A DNA stretch of 63,651 bases, filler included, from Globobulimina sp. (taxonomy: Eukaryota), in the NCBI GenBank assembly GCA_003354225.1. It is 25 parts of 25 records of this genome, joined end to end, with 100 filler letters (N's around TTAATTAATTAA, not from the genome) between each part and the next. Parts side by side here need not be neighbours in the genome. Positions count along the whole stretch, not along the records: positions 22,962 to 25,412 come from PIVH01006630.1; positions 25,513 to 27,963 come from PIVH01006631.1; positions 28,064 to 30,513 come from PIVH01006632.1; positions 30,614 to 33,063 come from PIVH01006633.1; positions 33,164 to 35,613 come from PIVH01006634.1; 20 more parts are not named here. One strand, written 5' to 3'. The notes under the pieces were generated by a model. The model was not told the origin of the DNA. It ran no database searches and was given only the letters and a program-made list of their open reading frames with translations. A program made the translations under genes and the position numbers. This document shows, one piece after another, positions 22,962 to 33,615 of this stretch (the stretch's first letter is position 1; every line of letters starts with the position of its first letter).

Positions 22962-25185
22962 CATTGACACTGAGCTGGAATGCCAGACATTGCATGAAAA
23001 AGAGAAGAATATTAATATCATGGCATTGGAAGAGTTAATTGCATTGAAAGTATTTACAGATTATTCAAATTTGCAAAGAGAATTTTCCATGGCGTATTAT
23101 AGTGATAATTGCGTAGAAAAGAAGAGAAAGCGAGAATTTTATCATTGGAATTTAATGCTAAAACAAGCAATGCATTATGCAGCCCGGCCCAGTGACAAAA
23201 ATCAAAGATTATGGCGAGGATTAAAGGGATTGTTCCATTTTGAGTCATTTACTGCAATCGCGCAGCAACCGACTTCTTTCTCTTTGGAGAAGCAGAAAGC
23301 AGAGAAATTCTGCGGAGTCAGTGGAGATAATGGCATTTTATTAGAGTCCAGCGATGCGATTGGAATTCCATTGAAGTGGTTATCTAATTTTGAACATGAG
23401 GATGAATGGTGGTGCTTTAATACCACATTTAAATTGGAAAGAGTCCATATTAAAACAAAGGATATTGCCAAACGCGTCAATTATTTAAGATATTCATTGC
23501 AAAAAATGCCGCATGAACTGCCAAATGGCGATATTAATTTCTTTGCATTTGATATAAATCGAAATGAAGAGGATGAGTGTAAGGACAATGATGAATATAT
23601 TAAACGATATGTGATTGACATATTAGATTTCGAGGAGAAAGATGCTGAGATATTAAAGGTAACGAAATATAATAAATTGACGTTACTACAAAGGTTATTT
23701 TTTGAGTTGAAGCAATATTATGTTTTAGAAAAGATTTGGGATTTTGAGAGAAATGATATTGAAATATCAAGCAAATTGCAACGACTTTATTTATTGGAAA
23801 AACATATATTTGCAAATATTAATGTTAATAAATACAAACAACATATCATGGATTTTATGGTAAATGCAAAGTTGATATGTATTGATTCTTCATTCTGTCG
23901 CAGCATTGCTGGCTACATTCAATTCATACAAATTGCGATAGAATCGATTAAAAAATATAATCAAGAAAAGAAAAATAAAATTAAAATTACAGAACCGCAG
24001 GAAAAAGAGATAATAAATTATTTTAAAATCCATGTTTGGAAATGTGACACCTTCATAGAAACGGATCCGAAACAAGTAAAATTGCATATTTTTGTTAAAC
24101 AACTTGGAATACAGCGGACGCCCTCATACAAGTTATATGAAATTATTGTTGATCGAATATCAAATGCGCCACAATTAAATATAGACGAAATTGAGCAATT
24201 TCATGCTGAAATTATAAAATATAAACAAATGGAAAACTGCAACTCAGCACAATTAATATATATATTTAAGAAACATATATTTCCAAAAATGCATCAAAAA
24301 TCTGCAACAATAATACATGAAAAAAGCATTTGTAAATTTATGGAAGAAAACGGCAATGATAACATAGCATTATGCGATAATATCGATACATTTTCCGAAA
24401 ACATAGCAAATTATATTAGAGAGAATGGAGCAAATGAAGAGGAACAAAATGATGGAAATGCCGCATTTATTCAAATATTAAATGTGAGCATCGATCAACA
24501 TCAATCAAAATATTATGCGAAAAGCAAGAAGAAATTATTCCATTTGAATAAAGAGAAAATAATAAATTATTTTAAATTAAGTGGTATGGATTGTGCTGAA
24601 TTTGGGAAAACGGCAAGAAAAAACTTCTCAAAACAAATATTATTTAATAAATTAAAAATAAAAATGGGTTCAGGAAATAAATTATATGATATTATACGTG
24701 AGATTGTTGTAACAACGCCATCAAAACAACTCTCTTTTTGTGACTTATATCGTGCAATAAATAAATGGAAAACGGATCAAAAAATGCGTAAATCGGATTC
24801 CATCCTTGAGCACAAATTACGGAATCATAGTTTTGATGCGTTTTGTGCATTGATTGGCGATTTCGATTTAGAATTTATTTATGATACAACAGAATTTCAA
24901 TTAAAGGGAAACGCGCACCAACACCATTTATTAGCGCAGTTTCCGCCAAAATTTAAGCTTATGTTTAAAAAAAATAATAATGAATGGGAGATTACTGAAT
25001 CAACGACAACGTCATTTAGATTGAATGTGTGCGATATTATAAATAAACCATCGCAATTACAGTACAAAATATCCCTTAAATATGACAAACATGAATTAAT
25101 TTCACAAATGCAAACAATACAAATATCATCGGAAGTAATTGCAGCGTGTAAAAGTATTCAGAATATTTTGAGTTCAACAAAATAA
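22962..25185 (+). CDS. R-S-E clade mono-ADP-ribosyltransferase domain followed by helical repeats, 5'-truncated
   Basis: LWRGL (R), PTSFS (S), FEHEDEW (ExE), preceded by the ALKVFTD helix; intronless. Confidence 0.75.
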
Positions 25186-25512
25186 GTGTATATTATATAT
25201 ATAATCAATGTGTATTATTTATGTGTTTATTCAAAGTCTTTTTTTTTTGTTAATTGTGTTGACGACTGTATTTTAGCAATGTGGTATATCATAAGACCAA
25301 ATCCAAATAATATGTACAGTTTACAGTACTTTTCTTTATCTATATTACAAACAGCAACAAACATATCCAAATCCGATGAAAAGTCGAACCAATAAAGATC
25401 AAACCATCCCAANNNNNNNNNNNNNNNNNNNNNNNNNNNNNNNNNNNNNNNNNNNNTTAATTAATTAANNNNNNNNNNNNNNNNNNNNNNNNNNNNNNNN
25501 NNNNNNNNNNNN

Positions 25513-25910
25513 TCATTGCTGATTTTATTTGGTCTTGATTCTAATTTATTTATTTTTAATTCTAATGCAGCTATTCGTTGGTCTTGTTGTTGATTATCTA
25601 TTTGTCGTTGCAATGATGCATTCATCTGTTGGACCGATGAATTGATTTGATTTAATTTATGTGTTAATGTGTCTGTGGATTGTGTTAATTTATCAAATTT
25701 TGGTGTTAATGTTGCATCTAATCTATCAGCTGTTAGCTGTGAGGAATAAAGTATTGCTGCAGATAATACCATTACGGATGCTACTACGAGAATAATGAGT
25801 AATTTTGGGGTGATGCTATGGCTATGAGTTATATTGTTTGCTTGATTTTGTGGGAGTCTTTGTGGATGTTGGTCTTCACGCGCACGAGGAAAAGAATCGA
25901 ATAAATTCAT
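25513..25910 (-). CDS. Single-TM plus coiled-coil protein, 3'-truncated
   Basis: ATG 25910; hydrophobic LLIILVVASVMVLSAAILY followed by heptads. Confidence 0.6.
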
Positions 25911-26061
25911 AGTTTTTTTTTTATTGAGAAACGATGAGGGTAAAGATGAGGGAAAAGGTTTTGGAAAAAGAGAGTGAAGCAATTAATTTAAAACTAGAAC
26001 TTTGACTAATTATTGCAGTATGATGTGACATATTTGAATGGGAAAAGAAGCCATTAATATG

Positions 26062-27680
26062 CTACTCATTTTTGTTATTTAATTGAGGAATAAAGTGAGT
26101 GTCACTAAATGTGGCATATATGAATGCACCAACAACACTGACAATGAATATCACCCAAAAGATTAGTCTCCAGGCACTCGATTGTTGCTCACTATCAAAC
26201 GAATCCAAGATCAATCCGTCCAAAATGGGTGCGGCAACACCTGGAATGGTGCCGATTGTATTACAGATTCCATACAAACAATTTGATTTTGTGGGGGAAA
26301 TATCTAAGAGATTGGCCATGAATGAAGCTGTGGCTATGGGCATAATCCAGGCACAGCAAACAATGCAACAAATAATAACTGTTTTATTTCCTATATATCC
26401 GCATAAAACCATTAATGTTCCTGGCACCAAAGCAGCAATTCCAAATGCAAGTTTTCTTGACATATTCCTTGAAAATACCTCATGATTTATCCAATAATCC
26501 ACAATATAGCCAGACATAAACTGCATTACAAAGGATCCCAGAAAGGGTAACATAGAAATAAATAATGAATCTGATAAATTATAATTTAATTCGTCATTCA
26601 AATATGTTGCTGTATATCAGATGTTTGTTGTTTGCATTAATTAAAATATAGAGGAAACAACTCAACGCAGTTCAGTCAACAATGTGTAATTTGTCCAATT
26701 ATAACTAAATGCTGCAATGTAACAAGCAATCGCAACTTTGTTAGTTAACATATGTTTCCATGGAATGGATTGTGTCGCCACATTCTTGTAATTGTCATTT
26801 TCATTCCTTTCAACATCTGAGGTCAAGAGAAGTAATTCTTTCTTTGTAATGTATTTATCCTCCAACGGATCATTATAAATAACAAAATAAAAAGCAATGC
26901 TCCAAAGCATGCCAATAATGCTAAATGAATAAAATACATTGATCCACGAACCAAAGTAATGATTATTTGAACTGATCATCAATGAACAGAGTGGGAATCC
27001 GATCATTGTTCCAAGATAACCGCCGCTCGCTGCTATACCGGTTAGCTTTGATCTTAAATTTCCGACTTAATACTCCATTGATTTAATACTTGAAATAGTG
27101 CGGGAAATGAGAAGGCTTCGAAAAAGCCCATAAATATTCTCAAAACAAGCAATAAATAAATATGCGACTCTTCATTGCAAATAGCCTGTAATTCATTGCA
27201 TTTTGTGGTGTCATTTGTGTATAAACCATGGCTGAAGCACCAATCTGAGGATATGGAGTGTTGGCATTTGCAGTTTAAATGGAAATTATATGTAAAAGAA
27301 TAGGAGGTACAAAATGGAATTAATAATGTCAACGTCGCAGTGGATAAGACAGAAAATAATAGAACCGGTTTGCCGCCAAAATGTGTGGATAATAGGGCAC
27401 CGACACTATTCCCAATGCTATATCCAATATAAAAAGATGATAAAATAAATCCTTGCTTGGTTGACGACCATTGGAATTCGCAGGCCATTGGTTCAATTGC
27501 CACCGATAAGTTCACTCTCATGGCATATTCACAAAATATTCCCAATGATAAAAATATTGCTGTATAATATCGCCGTCCTCGACACGAACATGCATTTCTA
27601 CCATGGCACCTTTCAGCTGCAGCTGGCTCATTTATTTGTTTATATGTTTGCTGTTCCACATTTTGCAAAGTTGTCGACAT
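26062..27680 (-). pseudogene. MFS anion:cation symporter (SLC17/sialin-like) with a 5-nt frameshift
   Basis: YAMRVNLSVA, GFILSSFYIGY, IPWKHMLT, LTEL|PTY (intron 26610-26666), GICNTIGTIPG; extra ATTTA at 27055-27059 splits SE/RSKL. Confidence 0.75.
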
Positions 27681-28075
27681 GAAGGTTTGTAAAAGTTTTC
27701 TGTATTAGTATCTATATATAAAAAGAGGAAGCATCATGTCGTGGTAAACACGTGTTTGGGTTGTAACATATTTAGAACCGCAATCAACGTATTATGGTGG
27801 GAATCCAAGTGGTGGAGCATGTAGAAACAGTTTTCTTCAAAACACATGCCATTGTTCCTCCAGCACACCATCAGTAATAATCTCTTGCATGGATCTCTGT
27901 CCTGAATGTGGCAGTTCCCATTTTGATTTGGACGCAGCTGCTTTTGCAAGGATTGTCGGTGCGNNNNNNNNNNNNNNNNNNNNNNNNNNNNNNNNNNNNN
28001 NNNNNNNTTAATTAATTAANNNNNNNNNNNNNNNNNNNNNNNNNNNNNNNNNNNNNNNNNNNNAAACGATGCTAT

Positions 28076-28283
28076 TTAACTTTTTTGGCTTAGTTTCGTT
28101 TCATTTCATTTCAACGATTGGCAAGGTTTTTGGGTTAGCTAGAGTGGTTTTCAACCTAGTATTCGAAGTTGACCTAGTATTCGATGACCTAGTAATGTTA
28201 GTATTCGAAGTTGAAAACCACTCTAGCTAACCCAAAAACTTTGCTAATCGTTGAAATGAAATGAAACAAAGCAAAAAAGTTAA
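28076..28283. mobile_element. Foldback/MITE-like element with ~75-bp imperfect inverted arms
   Basis: TTTTTGGGTTAGCTAGAGTGGTTTTCAAC is matched by GTTGAAAACCACTCTAGCTAACCCAAAAA, with further outer pairing; spacer of (CC)TAGTATTCGA-like repeats; TTAA at both ends. Confidence 0.7.
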
Positions 28284-28434
28284 TTAAAAATCTAAAACAG
28301 TTCCACTTCCCAGACAAAGAATTATCCTCAATATTCATTTGGAAAAAGAGGAATTAAATACACACAATATAAAACGCACAAAGCAAACAAAATGACGACC
28401 GAGTTAGTGTGACTATACATAATTTAAATTAAAT

Positions 28435-30175
28435 TCATTTTATCCAATCATAATTCAAAAAATCCCAGAATGCGCATTTACTACTTTGCAGATCAACTTT
28501 CGATTCCATGATAACATCATTTACTTCAAATTTAATCGATGTTTCAGATCCTAAAATAAATGGAAACCATGTTGTTGCATTCATTGGATTTAAATATCCT
28601 CCATTTCCTGGACTGCCACTCTTAGCAAATTGAGTCCAATATGCTTGCATTGCAAATGCTAATAGATCTTCTTCAGCCGAATAACTGGCATTTATGGGAG
28701 CCATATTTGGATGAAAAACATACGATAAACCTTCACCATGGCACACTGCGTCCCCCCAACAACACGTATAGTTTACATTCCATTCTAACTCATTAAAAGA
28801 GCTCGCATGATCAAAATGATATAAATATACAGACGAAGACCACGAATCAGATTGTTCTGCTGTTATATTTCTTGTCGGACATTTAAATAATCCATCGGTC
28901 GCAATAAGACTGACATAGTCTCGATAATCTGTCACATTCTCAGGAAATCGATAATGTTCCCTTATTTGTACAGCATTTTGTGGACCAACTAAAACGGCCA
29001 ATATTTTCATAACCTGATCCCTTTCAATACCATTCGGAAATGCTTCATAAATGAACAATTTAGCTTCGTCCATTACTGTTCCAATCATGAAGGGAATATC
29101 ACGTATTTCGCCTTGGGCTAAGGATCGGATCGGTTGCTGAGAAAATAAATCAGTGCCAACTGTAGGGGTCCATGGCATAAACATATCCATTGCATGATTG
29201 AATTCAACTTTTGTTGCTAATTCGCATTCACTTTGTGCCTTTAAGATTTGATCAATTGTTCTATTCCGTAAACATTTCCATAGTTCGCCTGGATCTTTGG
29301 TAACAAATACATTATATTTACAGTCTACTTTGTTGAAGAAGAGTTTTGGTAAAAGCCCCCAAGTTGTTGTGTCCCGCATAGGTGTTCCCAATGGTTCTGA
29401 CTGCATTATTGCATATTGAAACAGTTTAGAATCTTCTTCACTTTTTTGTGTCAAATGTAATGCCACTGAAATGGCACCTGTTCATATGAGATGTTTATAT
29501 GTTTTGATGTTTGCAACTGTATATTTTATGAGACAGACCTGCAGATTGTCCAAATAGAGTGATTTGAGAATTATCGCCACCAAAATATTCAATGTTGCTA
29601 TGAATCCATTGTAGTGCTAGTTTTTGATCAAGATATCCATAATTGCCAGCCATGCCTGCTTCAATGGACCATAACCAGCCCAATACTCCCAACCTATAAT
29701 TAACAGACACTAAAATAACATTGGTATAGTTTACAAGATCCGTACCATTATAGAGTAATCCGCCCGAGAAACCTTGTTTGAAATTGCCGCCATGAATAAA
29801 AACTAATACACTGAGTTTGCTTGATTCTGCAGCTGATATATTTAATGGTGTATATATGTTTAAATAGAGACAATCTTCCGATAAAGTGATAGGGCATGTT
29901 TTAGGCGGTAATTGACAGCGCTGTGGACAGCCGGGTGCATCCGTTGTGGCATACACTGTATCATTCCCCCAATAAGGTACTGCTCGCGGTGCTCTCCATC
30001 TTAAATCATTAATTGGCGGAGATGCATAAGGAATAGAGCGGAACATTCGAATTCTATTAGTCGCGGTACCTTCGATTAAACCAGAATTTGTTTGGATTAA
30101 AATTGGATTATCATCAACTGGTTGAGATAAGCACAATTGAAACAGCAACACATTTAGCAAAAAAAGCTTTGACAT
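28435..30175 (-). CDS. Secreted type-B carboxylesterase (cholinesterase-like), 2 exons
   Basis: Signal peptide; IPYASPP..LRW, SEDCLYLNIY, FIHGG, NYRLG, GQSA|G across intron 29478-29538; catalytic E (DEA) and H (CHGE). Confidence 0.95.
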
Positions 30176-30201
30176 TATTTAATAAAAATACTTTAGAATA
30201 A

Positions 30202-30500
30202 GATGACTAGCTTCGTGAAAATCTTTAAATCGATGTTATCACATCATAAACGACAAATGTTCAGAAATATTTTCCCAGATAACATAATATCAAAAGTCAT
30301 TCAAAAGTCAAAACGATGACGAAACTGGCAAGAAAACTAAAATTTTTTCGTTTGTGAGGTGATAACTGATAACATCAGGCATTTTTGCTTTATCGTAAAA
30401 ATCTATTTTCTAAGGTAAAAAACTGATATAAAAACAGATTTTTACGATAAAGCCAAAATGCCTATCGATTTAAAGATTTTAACGAGGTAAGCTAGTCATC
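30202..30500. repeat. Nested inverted repeat: outer stem enclosing two adjacent hairpins
   Basis: A 30202-30234 / A' 30464-30500; B ~30232-30265 / B' ~30342-30376; C 30377-~30409 / C' ~30430-30463. Confidence 0.8.
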
Positions 30501-30828
30501 AGAATAAATATATNNNNNNNNNNNNNNNNNNNNNNNNNNNNNNNNNNNNNNNNNNNNTTAATTAATTAANNNNNNNNNNNNNNNNNNNNNNNNNNNNNNN
30601 NNNNNNNNNNNNNACTCAAAATTTGAAAATGTTTCTTAAAGTGAAACAATACTGGATTACAGTTGATATATTCAATAAACTAAACAAACACAAGTGCTGC
30701 AAGCATATATAACGCAAAATAAGTCGATTCAAGTCGATTTTCAAGATTGTTAGGTTTTAAATCTGCACCTCTCAATTTTGTTATAACTTTGTGCTGGATT
30801 TGTAAACCAGTTTCTGTATAAAAAGTGG

Positions 30829-30996
30829 CGTGTTAACACATTTTTGGGTACACCGTACCAAGTTTTGCCTATCAAAAAAGCAATATCCAACTCCACTGTG
30901 TTTACATAAAAAATAAGTGACCAAACAGTAAATACACTGCTTTTTTATCTAAACACAGTATGCAAAACTTGGTACGCCCAAAAATGTGTTAACACG
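30829..30996. repeat. Foldback/MITE-like palindrome
   Basis: CGTGTTAACACATTTTTGGG..CGTACCAAGTTTTGC pairs with GCAAAACTTGGTACGCCCAAAAATGTGTTAACACG; inner pair ACTGTGTTTACATAAAAAA / TTTTTTATCTAAACACAGT. Confidence 0.8.
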
Positions 30997-31057
30997 ATAA
31001 TTGAATAAAATGTACAATTCACAATATTTATATATATATATAATACTAAAATTATAA

Positions 31058-33063
31058 TTAATCCAGATCAGTCAAAGCATAGTCTAATTTAATTTCACGC
31101 TTTTTGTGTTTTTGATTTTTTGGATATGAATATATTTTAATTGTGGTATCATAAAAATGAAATTCCACAACAACTTGTTTCACATTTTCATCGTCAAAAC
31201 GCAAAATCAAATCACCCAAATGTACGGCTGATGTTGTAACTGTCGGATGGCTTATAACAGAATAAAATATTTTGACTTTTATTTTTTTTGCACTTAATGG
31301 TATTCGATTATATATTTTCTCGATAATCTGTCCAGTTTGAATTGTTTCCTTTTTCCGAGCATAAATACAAAAACAATTCCTCACAAAATAATCCTTTAAA
31401 TCATCATTATAATACTTAAATTGCTTAATATGATAATCAGAAACATTGGAATCTTCTGCAGATTGCAATGTTTTATCGATTTCAATGCCATAGGTTGCAT
31501 TTAATATTCTTGAACGAATATAATTTTTTGTGATGGATAAATATGCGGCGCCCAACACAATGGATAATACAGGCTTTGATGGAACGATTATTTGCAATCT
31601 ATGCATTGATTCCCAACCAAATGATTTCTCCATTCGTTTTTGAAAGTATTTGCTTGAACACAGCCCACCGACTAAGCATAAATATTGCACATTATATAAA
31701 AAGTCAGACTCTAATAATTGTTCACAATGTTTAATAATTGGATTTATCACTGAATTGAACATACATTTCCATAAATCGACGCTCATTAATAAGCCATTAT
31801 CACTCAACCGAAGCATGCTTCTCTTTTTTTTATTTGATTTAAAATTCACTTTTATTTTGTTGACAAATGTTTGTAAATCTTGCTTTCCGTCTTCTTTTTC
31901 TTCCAATTTCGCCTCTAAAAATGCTAAAAACTCCAACGGTAATTGGACCTCATGATGTTGGTGATGTTGATGGAAAAAAAAGTTTGATTTCGCAAAACGA
32001 AATTTATCCATAACACAACTCCATCCATGCGGTGACAATTTGATATATTCGTTGATCCATTCCGAACTAAACAAATTGATCAGTAATATTTTATATTGCT
32101 GGTCAATAAAATTTGATCCCCAGGCACCACCGGTTGGGGGTAACACTTCTTTAACACCCAATTCATGGCCAAATTCGCCCACAACTTCATGGCAAGCAAC
32201 GTCCACCGAAAAACCACCACCATCGATTAAAATATATTGCATTTCTTTTTCAAATTTGGGCATAGCATCAATATTATCCACTTGGTCTTCGATAATAAGT
32301 TTTTGTTGTTTTAATAAACGCGATAAGTTGCCAATATGAGCTAAATTTGGAACGGAATCTATGCTTTCATGGCTTTTTGACTCTGCTATTTTTTGTGTAG
32401 CTGCGATAAAATGATAATATAACTCGTGTTGTATAAATATGCTCGCTGCGTCTGGCTCATATACAATCCGGCATTGTTCCATACGTCTAAATAAACCTGC
32501 TTTTTCTGCCCATTTTTTTAATTTATATTTTGCTTTTTCATTCCATATCGACGGCACCGTCAAAATATATTCAATTTCGGAATCTGATGCTTTAATTTTG
32601 TGTTTTTTAAGATAACTTTTACTCTCTTTTTTTAAGTGTTTAAATATTTCAATAAATACTAATTCTGAGGAATATTTACTACCATTTACAGCTACCAATT
32701 CATTCGCTAATTCATTTATTTTATACTCATTATTCTTTTTTTTATTATCATCCCGCATATAATCTATATTTTCAATATCAATATTACTGAATGTATACGT
32801 ATTTTGTGGATCGTATAAATGCATTTTAAGATTCTCAAATAACATCCATTCTTTTGATGTTTTAGAGTCGGTGGTCACATAATTAACATGTGCGTCACGA
32901 CCAAATGCGATCCTTTTGCCAGATCCATTTAATAATATTTTTGTTTTTAGTTTGATTGCATGTTGGTCCATACGTGAATATTCCCATTGTGTATGTGGAT
33001 GAACCTCGTTATTATATTGGTATGCCAGCGCTACTCCGTCTGTTCCAAAATCAATTGCGACCA
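31058..33063 (-). CDS. HSPA12-like atypical Hsp70, 5'-truncated
   Basis: Frame extends past the track start to VAIDFGTDG; LTVPSIW, AEKAGL, EPDAAS, DGGGFSVD, GGAWGS..ID, LVGG. Confidence 0.88.
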
Positions 33064-33167
33064 NNNNNNNNNNNNNNNNNNNNNNNNNNNNNNNNNNNNN
33101 NNNNNNNTTAATTAATTAANNNNNNNNNNNNNNNNNNNNNNNNNNNNNNNNNNNNNNNNNNNNAGCA

Positions 33168-33337
33168 ATGGGACACGAGTAATCGTAGGGCTGTCGTGGT
33201 AAGACACGGTTTAAAATCTGTATCTCGCAGCAGAGAGCTATCCTGTACTTGTAAGGATCCTGGTGAGGCCAGGTGACGAGCTCAGTTCTTGTGTATAACT
33301 GAGCTCCCGTGAGGCAAAGTGTCTAACTGTGTTCCAT
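33168..33337. ncRNA. Candidate structured RNA or folded ssDNA element, family unknown
   Basis: GC-richer island closed by ATGGGACAC/GTGTTCCAT with three adjacent hairpins, including a perfect 10-bp stem GAGCTCAGTT/AACTGAGCTC. Confidence 0.35.
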
Positions 33338-33391
33338 GAAATTATTTTTCTACGGAACTGTAAACCAGTTAGGACCAAGTACAGTGGACCT

Positions 33392-33504
33392 AAACCAAAG
33401 TGAAGCGTAAACCAGTTTGAACAATAATTTGCTATTTACAAATGTTTGCCAATTTACAGATTGCAAAATATTGTTCAAACTGGTTTACGCATCACTTTTG
33501 GTTT
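33392..33504. repeat. Long imperfect palindrome upstream of the USP ORF
   Basis: GCGTAAACCAGTTTGAACAATA pairs perfectly with TATTGTTCAAACTGGTTTACGC; imperfect pairing extends on both sides. Confidence 0.85.
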
Positions 33505-33615
33505 TTGTCACCATGCTTGTACAATTTTAATTGTTTACAATTTAACTAACTAACATTTTCTCCATAAAAACAAAATTCAACATTTCAAAAGTTAGCACCA
33601 AATAATTAGAAAAGG

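Noticed and set aside
33164-33340. Assignment to hammerhead, HDV-like or pistol ribozyme, or to a snRNA
   Set aside because: No CUGANGA/GAAA core, no HDV P1/P3/L3 order, and the pistol-like CGTG..CACG hairpin lacks a matching pseudoknot. Kept only as an unknown structured candidate.
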